A DNA stretch of 64,000 nt, taken from assembly GCF_009914755.1 (NCBI RefSeq), contig NC_060929.1; one strand, written 5' to 3'. The notes under the pieces were generated by a model that was not told where the DNA came from, did no database searches, and saw nothing but the letters and a program-made list of their open reading frames with translations. Shown one piece after another: positions 56,301 to 64,000 of this stretch. The position numbers and the translations under genes are program-made. Within the stretch, counting starts at the first letter, position 1; every line of letters starts with the position of its first letter. This stretch comes from the human T2T-CHM13v2.0 reference genome, Homo sapiens.

Positions 56301-59300
56301 CTGTATCACAGAGGTTTTGATAGGTTGTGTCACTATTATCATTCAGTTCAAAGAATTTGTTAATTTCCATCTTGATTTCATTGTTAACCCAACAGTCTTT
56401 CAGGAGCAGATTATTTAATTTCCATGCATTTGCATGGTTTTGAGGGTTCTTTTGGGGTTGATTTCCAATTTTATTCCACTGTGATCTGAGCGAGTAATTT
56501 ATATAATTTCATTTATCTTCAATTTACTGACACTTGTTTTGTGGCCTATCATATGGTCTATCTTGAAGAATGTTCCATGTGCTAATGAATAGAATGTATA
56601 TTCTGCAGTTGTTGGGTAGAATGTTCTGTAAGTATCTGTTAAGTCCAAAGTCCATTTGTTGTAGGGAATAGTTTAAGTCCATTGTTTCTTTGTTTACTTT
56701 GTCTTGATAACCTATCTAGTGCTTTCAGCAGAGCATTAAAGTCCCACACTATCATTGTGTTGCCATCTATCTTATTCCTTTTTTTTTAATTATACTTCAA
56801 GTTCTGGGATACATGGGCAGAACGTTCAGGTTTGTTACATAGGTATACACGCGCCATGGTGGTTTGCTGCACTCATCAACCCATCATCTACATTAGGTAT
56901 TTCTCCTATTGCTATCCCTCCCCTAGCCCCCCAGATGCCAACAGGGCCCGGTGTGTGATGTTCCCCTCCCTGTGCCCATGTGTTCTCATTGTTCAACTAC
57001 CCCTTATGAGTGAGAACATGTGGTGTGTGGCTTTCTGTTCCTGTGTTAGTTTGGTGAGAATGATGGTTTCCAGCTTCATCTATGTCCCTGCAAGGGACAT
57101 AAACTCATTCTTTTTTATGGCTGCATAGTATTCCATGGTATATATGTGCCACATTTTCTTTATCCAGTTATCAGTGATGGGCATTTGGGTTGGTTCCAAG
57201 TCTTTGCTATTGGGAATAGTGCTGCAATAAACATACGTGTGCATGTGTCTTTATAGTGGAATGATTTATAATCCTTTGGGTCTGTACCCAGTAATGGGAT
57301 TGCTGGGTCAAATGGTATTTCTGATTCTAGATCCTTGTGGAATCACCACACAATCTTCCACAATGGTTGAACTAATTTACACTCCCACCAACAGTGTAAA
57401 AGCATTCCTTTTTCTCCACATCCTCTCCGGCATGTTTTTTCCTGACTTTTTAATGATCGCCATTCTAACTGGCATGAGATGGTATCTCATTGTGGTTTTG
57501 ATTTGCATTTCTCTAATGACCACTGATGATGAGCTTTTTTCATATGTTTGTTGGCTGCTTATTTCTTAGGTCTAGTAGTAATTGTTTTATAAATTTGAGA
57601 GCTCCAATGTAAGGTGCATATATATTTACAACTATATTTTCCTGTTGGACTAGTCTTTTTATCATTATATAATGTGCCTCTTTGTCTATTTTAACCGCTG
57701 TTGCTTTGAAGTTTATTTTGTCTGATATAAGAATAGCTACTCTGCTCACTTTGGGTGTCCATTTGCATGGAATATCTTTTTCCACCCCTTTACCTTAAGT
57801 TTATGTGAGTCCTTATGTGTTAGGTGAGTGTCCTGAAGACAATAGACACTTAGTTAGTGAATTCTTATCCATTCTTCCCATCTGTATCTTTTAAGTGAAG
57901 CATTTAGGCCATTTGCATTCAACGTGAGTATTGAGATGTGGGGTACTATTCTACTCCTCATGCCTGAATACCTTATATTATTTTTCATTGTGTTATTGTT
58001 ATATAGGTCCTGTAAGATTTATGCTTTAAGGAGGTTCTATTTTTGTGTATTTTAAGGATTTGTTTCAAGATTTAGAGATCCTTTTAGCAGTTCTTGTAGT
58101 GCTGGCTTGTCAATGGCAAATTCTCTCAGCATTTGGTAGTCTGGAAAAGACTACATCTTTCCTTCATTTATGAAGCATAGTTTTGCTGTATACAAAATTC
58201 TTGACTGATAATTGTTTTTGTTAAAGGAGGCTAAAAATAGGGCCCCAATCCCTTCTAGCTTGTAGAGTTTCTGCTGAGAAATTTGCTATTAATCTGATAG
58301 GTTTTCCTTTATAGGTTACCTGATGCTTTAGCCTCACAGCTCTTAAGATTCTTTCCCTCATCTTGTCTTTAGATAATCTAATGATCATGTGCTTAGGTGA
58401 TGATCTTTTGTGATTAATTTCCCAGGTGTTCTTTGAGCTTCTTGTATTTGGGTATCTAGATCTCTAGCAAGGCTGGGGAAGTTTTCCTTGATTATTCCTT
58501 TAAATACGGTTTCCAAACTTTTAGATTTCTCTTCTTCCTCAAGAACACCAATTATTCTTAGGTTTGGATGTTTAACATAATCCCAAACTTCTTGGAGACT
58601 TTGTTCATTTCTTTTTTATTCTTTTTTGTCTTTGATGGATTGGGTTAATTCAAAAGCCTTGTCTTCAAGCTCTGAGGTTCTTTCTTCTGCTTAATTCTAT
58701 GGCTGATACTTTCCAGTGCATTTTGCATTTCTCTAAGTGTGTCCTTGATTTCCAGAAGTTGTGATTTTTTTATGCTATTTCACTGAATAATTTTCCTTTC
58801 ATATCCTGTATAATGCTTTTGATTTCTTTATGTTGAACTTCACCTTTCTTGATACCTCCTTGATTAGCTTAATAATCGACCATCTGAATTCTTTTGCTGG
58901 CAATACAGAGATTTCTTCTTGGTTTAGATCCATTGTTGGTGAGTTAGAATGATCTTTTGGGGGTGTAAAAAAACCCTTGTTTTACCATGTTACCAGAATT
59001 ATTTTTCTGGTTCCTTGTCATTTGGGTAGACTATGTCAGAGGGAAGAGCTAGGGCTCAAGGGCTATTGTTCAGATTTTTTTGTTCCACAGAATTCTCCCT
59101 TGATGTAGTGCTCTCCCCTTTCCCCTAAAAATGGGGATTCCTGAGAGCTGAACTGTAGTGATTGTTTTTGCTCTTCTGGGTCTAGCTACCCAGTGGAGCT
59201 ACTGAGCTCTGATCTGGTACTGAGGAGCATCTGCAGAGTCTTGTGATGTGATTTGTCTTCGGGTCTTGCAGCCATGGATACTAGCACATGCTTCAGCGGA

Positions 59301-60118
59301 GTTAGCGGGGGAGTAAAGTGGATTATGTGAGGGTCCTTGGTAGTGTTTTTGTTTCATGCCCTGGTTTTGTGTTGGTTGGCCTCCAGCCAGGAGGTGGCGC
59401 TTTCAAGAGCACAGCTGCAGTCCTGCATGGAGGATGCCAACTTGCCCTGGGGACACCTGGTTAGGCATTCAGGTTTGTCAGGTGGTGGTCAGAGCTATAG
59501 AGCTCCCAAGAGATTATGACCTTTGTCTTGGACTACCAGGGCAGGTAGAGAAAGATCATCAGATAGAGGAAGGTATGGGCATGTCTGAGCTCAGCCTCTC
59601 CTTGGGCAGGGCTTGTTACAGCTGCTGTGGGGAATAGGGGTGTGTTACAGCTGCTGTGGGGAATATAAGTCCAATGGACTTACATTCCCAAGGGGATTAT
59701 GTCTGCCTCTGCTGACTCGTACAGATAGCCAGGGAAGTAGAGGAAAGTTGGCAGTCACAGGCCTCACCCCGCTCCCACATAGCCCACAGTCCTAAAGGCT
59801 GGTCTCACTCCCACCGTGCCCCACCAACAGCACCAAGTCTATTTCCAGGCAGCTGGTGACCACGGCTGAGAACTCACCCCAGACCACGAGCCTCCCCATT
59901 GAGAAAGCAAGCAGACTCACAGTGTTTCAGTGTCTCAGGGAGCCTGCAGCAGTGATCCAGTTCCTTCAAAGGATCTGTGGATTCTCTCGGCTTCTCTGGT
60001 ATGTTCCTGCAGTAGTTCTTGGAGCAAAAGTTCATGATGTGAGTCCCCACATGCTGTTCTGTCCACTGAGCAGGAGCTGCAAGTTAGTCCTGCCTTCCAC
60101 CCACCGTCTTAATCTCCC
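53346..60118 (-). mobile_element. Near full-length L1PB (L1PB1-like), inactive
   Basis: 3'UTR AGTGGTGATTTCTGAGACTTTGGTGCACCC; minus-strand ORF2 fragments ([30 protein letters not shown]); ORF1 and GC-richer 5'UTR to ~60118; internal deletion near 54020. Confidence 0.92.
56781..57557 (-). mobile_element. 5'-truncated L1PA7-like element nested in the L1PB
   Basis: Poly(T)-AATTATACTTCAAGTTCTGGGATACATG; TSD CTTATTCCTT/CTTATTTCTT. Confidence 0.92.
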
Positions 60119-61049
60119 ATAATCTAATCTTAACACATAGACACTATTCTAACAGCCTCCATCACCTCCAGTAACTAACGAGGAGTGCCCATTAAAACTC
60201 TAGCATTTTCCACACCCCTCCCTTTCTCTCCATCCCTGTGATTGTTTCTGTCTTGGTTGCTGACCTGGGCTATTACCTTAGTCTTCTAACTAATGTCCTA
60301 CCCTGGCTCTCACCCCTCCCTCAGTTCTTTCCATGGACTCCAGATGGTTCTTTCCAAACCACAAAATCGATCATGTTATATTCCTGGGTAAAATTCTCCA
60401 AATAATTGAGGTTGTTTCTGAAAGACCAAACTCCAGCAGCAGGTGTGTGACTCTAAGAGGAACCCACCTGGCCCAAGTTATCTAGTAACCCAAAAATAAA
60501 ATAGAAGAAAAAGCAAATGTGTCATCCATTATCGTGAAGTGTAATGGAAATGTACAGAGCACAGGCTCACTATAATCTGTCATCCAGAATAAGTCCTCCC
60601 ATCACCTGAGTTGCCTTTAAATAGACCTTCTTACTATGGTCATGAATGACAGGAATTAAAATAGCAGGAACTTAGGAATTTCTAACTGGATATTTCAAGT
60701 GTCAGCTGTTTAATGTTTTCTCTAAGTTTTATTATGGTTCTTATCAAATCTGAGAGGAATAAAGAAATACTAGGAGAGGAAAGGTAAAACCCATTGAATA
60801 TCAATGCTCTTACTCTTTCTGAACAGTAAATGTAGGAATGTTTAAATAACAATTTCATCAGCTTTACTTTAAATTTTGTTCCTTTGTAGAACAAGAAGGA
60901 AAAAGCATCTATTCACTCAAGAAGGATTTTTTGAACATCAGCTATGTACTTGGCATAGCATTAAGTACTGGAAATTTAAAAAATTAATGTCACAATCTCT
61001 GCCTTTAAGAAACACACATTGCAGTGGTGAAAATATGTAAAAATGTAAT

Positions 61050-61285
61050 TAGCATAGCAAATACTTCTATAGCAATTACTATGTGCCAGACACTGTCCTA
61101 AGAGCTTTACATATATTTACTCATTTATTCTTCACAACAATCCTATGAAGTAGATCGTATTATCCCTGTTTTACCATTGAAGAAAATGAGGCACAGAGAG
61201 GTTAGCAACTTGCTCAGCGCCACACAACTAGTATGCATCAGAACCCAAACTCAGACCCATACACTCTGGCCTCACAACACTGCAT
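61050..61285 (-). mobile_element. MIR SINE
   Basis: TACTATGTGCCAGACACTGTCCTAAG...GAAAATGAGGCACAGAGAGGTTAGCAACTTGC. Confidence 0.82.
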
Positions 61286-61556
61286 TGCCTGTAAATGATA
61301 AGTTAAGAAATAGAAATATGCTCATGATATTATAGGAACAGGTTCAGATTTATTAGACAAGGTTTAGAGAAGTTATTTTAATACTAATAATCAATATTAT
61401 GTATTATACACTAATCAAAAGCTAATGCATATTGTGCTCATTTATTATGTTCTATATACTTTTATGTGTTGACTCCTTTCAACCTCACAACAATCTCATG
61501 AGATTGGTTTCATTATTATCCCCATTTTTCAAATAAGGAAAATGAGGGGTTTGGAG

Positions 61557-61918
61557 TGATATGGTTTGGCTGTGTCCCCACCCAAATCTCATCTTGAATT
61601 GTAGTTCCTATAATCCCCACATGTCATGAGAGGGACCAGGTGGAGGTAATTGAATTATGGATGTGGTTTCCCCCATGCTGTTCTTATGATGATGAGTGAG
61701 TCTCACCAGATCTGATGGTTTTATAATCTTCTGTCATTTCCCCTGCTTGCACTCATTGTCTCTCCTGCCACCCTGTAAAGAGGTGCCTTCTGCCATGATT
61801 GTAAGTTTCCTGAGGCCTCCCCAGCCATGCAGAACTGTGAGTCAATTAAACCTCTATTCTTTATAAATTACCCAGTCTCGAGTATTTCTTCGTAGCAGCA
61901 TGAGAACAGACTAATACA
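61557..61918 (+). mobile_element. THE1C/D solo LTR inside a MIR
   Basis: TGATATGGTTTGGCTGTGTCCCCACCCAAATC ... GACTAATACA; MIR-like sequence on both sides. Confidence 0.9.
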
Positions 61919-61999
61919 CAAAGGTTACGCAGCTAGTAAGTGGAAGAAGTTTCTATAGCAGGCAGAGTAGAATTTGATCTTAAATACATATATGCAGTT

Positions 62000-62335
62000 A
62001 GCCAAGCCACCAAGTCAGAGACCAGAAGTATGGGTAAAGAGGACACTCTGTTCAGGGACACATGTGGAGAAAAAGAGGTACCTGGGCCACAGAGACCTGT
62101 ACACGTCTCCAGCACATGAACGGCCAAAGCACAGCTCAGAGTGAGAAGAATTAGTCAAAGCAGATGATGGAGGGACCAGTATGCACAGTTTGATTTTACC
62201 TCTAGAAAACAGGGGCCTTTGAAGGACTTTTAGGCAGGGACTGACATGGCCAGGTTTTAATTTTAGATAGGACACTAATGATTGTGAATCAATTTGAAAG
62301 GGGAAAGATGGAGACCCTTGAACTTGTCCAGGAGG
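62000..62335 (-). mobile_element. L2 fragment
   Basis: GAAGGACTTTTAGGCAGGGACTGACATGGCCAGGTTTTAATTTTAGA. Confidence 0.6.
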
Positions 62336-62984
62336 CTCACTTCTAAAGTAGGACAGTGGTGGTAGAGTGAAAAACTAGAAGGGATGTAAAACCAGCAAGT
62401 TGCTCCATTCACACCACAATCTCTTCTCTTTCTGAATGGTTATTGGATTATTCACACAACCACCCATCCATAGCCAGTCTCCCCTTTTTTTTCTGTAACA
62501 TTAGAGAAGTCAGTATATTTATAGCTAATCACTCTTATCTTTACTGTATCCTCTTCAACTAGTGGCTCTCAAAAACCTTGCACTTAATTACTCTCAGTGT
62601 TCTCACTGAAAATTATTATATACTTTTTACCAAAAAAGTACAACATGACCAAAAGTCCAAACAACATGAAAAAGACTAAACTTCCTATGGTTCAGTTATC
62701 CCAATTCTGTTTCTTTTGGTGTGTAAGTAAGTACAGATGAGTTCTCTCTTTATCTAGACTGTGCTAGGCAGTTTGGGTACAACTCCACTTTAAGGCATTT
62801 TCATTAGCTCCTTTATTATGTCAACTAATGTTAACATAACTAATAGTTAAAACACAATACATTATGTTCCTAGTGAGGGACATTATGTTAACTAATACTT
62901 AAAACACAATACAAAAACAAAGTAAACAATGAAAAATAAATACAAAAATACTAAAACATTACACCATTTTCAAAAACATAATGT

Positions 62985-63450
62985 AATAGTCAAGACTGGC
63001 ATGACTAGATTTGGGCTGCAAGTAAACAAAAATCACAGTGGTTTAACCAAAAAGGGATTTTTTTTATGACTTAACAGGAAATGCAGAGGGAGGCAGATCA
63101 AGAAAGAAAGACCAGGCTCTGTCCAGCACCCTGCTTTGTCCTCTTAAGCATGAGGCTCTTACCCTCATGGTCATAGTCCGGCTTGTGTATCTTCAGTCAT
63201 CTGTGTGCATGCTTGGCTTTCTCAGCAAAACCAAGAGGGAAGGAAGAAAGCACATGTCCGTTTTTAGCTAGAAAACAATGTTTCCCAGTTAAGCCCATTC
63301 TCTAAACATTTTATTCCATCTCATTGCTCAAAATTAGTTCAAAAGAATCTGGAAAAATGACTACATGTATCTGCAATACCTTTCAACTCCAATAAAATCA
63401 GGATTCTATTGGAAAAGAAGAATGGATACTGAGTACATAAATTGGCAGTC
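62985..63450 (-). mobile_element. Old MLT1 (J/K/L-like) LTR
   Basis: GGCTGCAAGTAAAC...CAGTGGTTTAACCAAAA...CCTCATGGTCA...GGATTCTATTGG. Confidence 0.55.
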
Positions 63451-64000
63451 TGACACCCTGAGAAACGCTGGTATTTGCAGGATGGATGGGATGATAGGAG
63501 CACAGGAAGGGAGTAGAGAGGTGCATTATGAGAAGCACATGGACAAGCCTGAGAGGAATCACAGAAGCATCAAATTCAGCCTCAGTTTCCAATAAGAGGT
63601 TGACAGAAACACGCCAGCTGCATCTCACAATTAGGACACGACTGGTGATGTTTGAATACAAAGGGGACTCTTTCATGAAGGAAGAATTAAAACAATTCAG
63701 TGTATCCAAGAGTGTAGACATTAGAATAAGCAGCATTAATGTACCTGGTAGAAAGATGTGCATAGAAGTTAAGGAGATAACTTGTCCTACAGGGACTGGC
63801 AAAAATAACCAGAGATGGTCTAGCCAGAGAGAGCCTGTGTTGCTGTCTGCGTTATGCTACCTAAGTTTACAAAAATTGTTCCTGCATTAAGAGTCTGATC
63901 TGAGAAAATAAAGGTAACTCTCTTTCTTTTAAAGTTCCCTACCTCTTAAGTAGTGTTACCATCCACCGCAATGGCAGAGAATGAGAAGAGAGCCTCCCTC

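Noticed and set aside
63398-63890. Antiparallel 134-aa and 120-aa ORFs
   Set aside because: They overlap old MLT1/L2-like sequence and show no recognisable domain or exon structure.

Overview
Primate (very probably human) AT-rich, CpG-poor genomic DNA, intergenic or deep-intronic, largely made of interspersed repeats. Main contents: a disrupted L1PA4-6-type LINE-1 (1-5613, +); a near full-length L1PB (53346-60118, -) with a nested L1PA7-like 3' fragment; an internally deleted ERV1 (MER4/MER34-group) provirus with a 4-bp TSD (17888-21804, -); ten Alus or Alu monomers; THE1, MST, MLT1, LTR8 and MER34 solo LTRs; MER20, MER44 and other DNA-transposon relics; many MIR and L2 fragments. I found no intact protein-coding gene, structural RNA gene or CRISPR array, and I cannot support a novel biological system here. 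The best oddities are: an inverted copy of the L1 5'UTR inserted at the end of ORF1 with a templated junction; two long perfect-stem hairpins (18504-18541, 22522-22572); a 26-bp L1 3'-end insertion with a perfect 17-bp TSD; an old ~130-bp dispersed direct repeat; three minus-strand candidate exons that join in frame; and a plus-strand candidate terminal exon. Repeat subfamily names come from recalled consensus sequences, and boundaries of old repeats are approximate.
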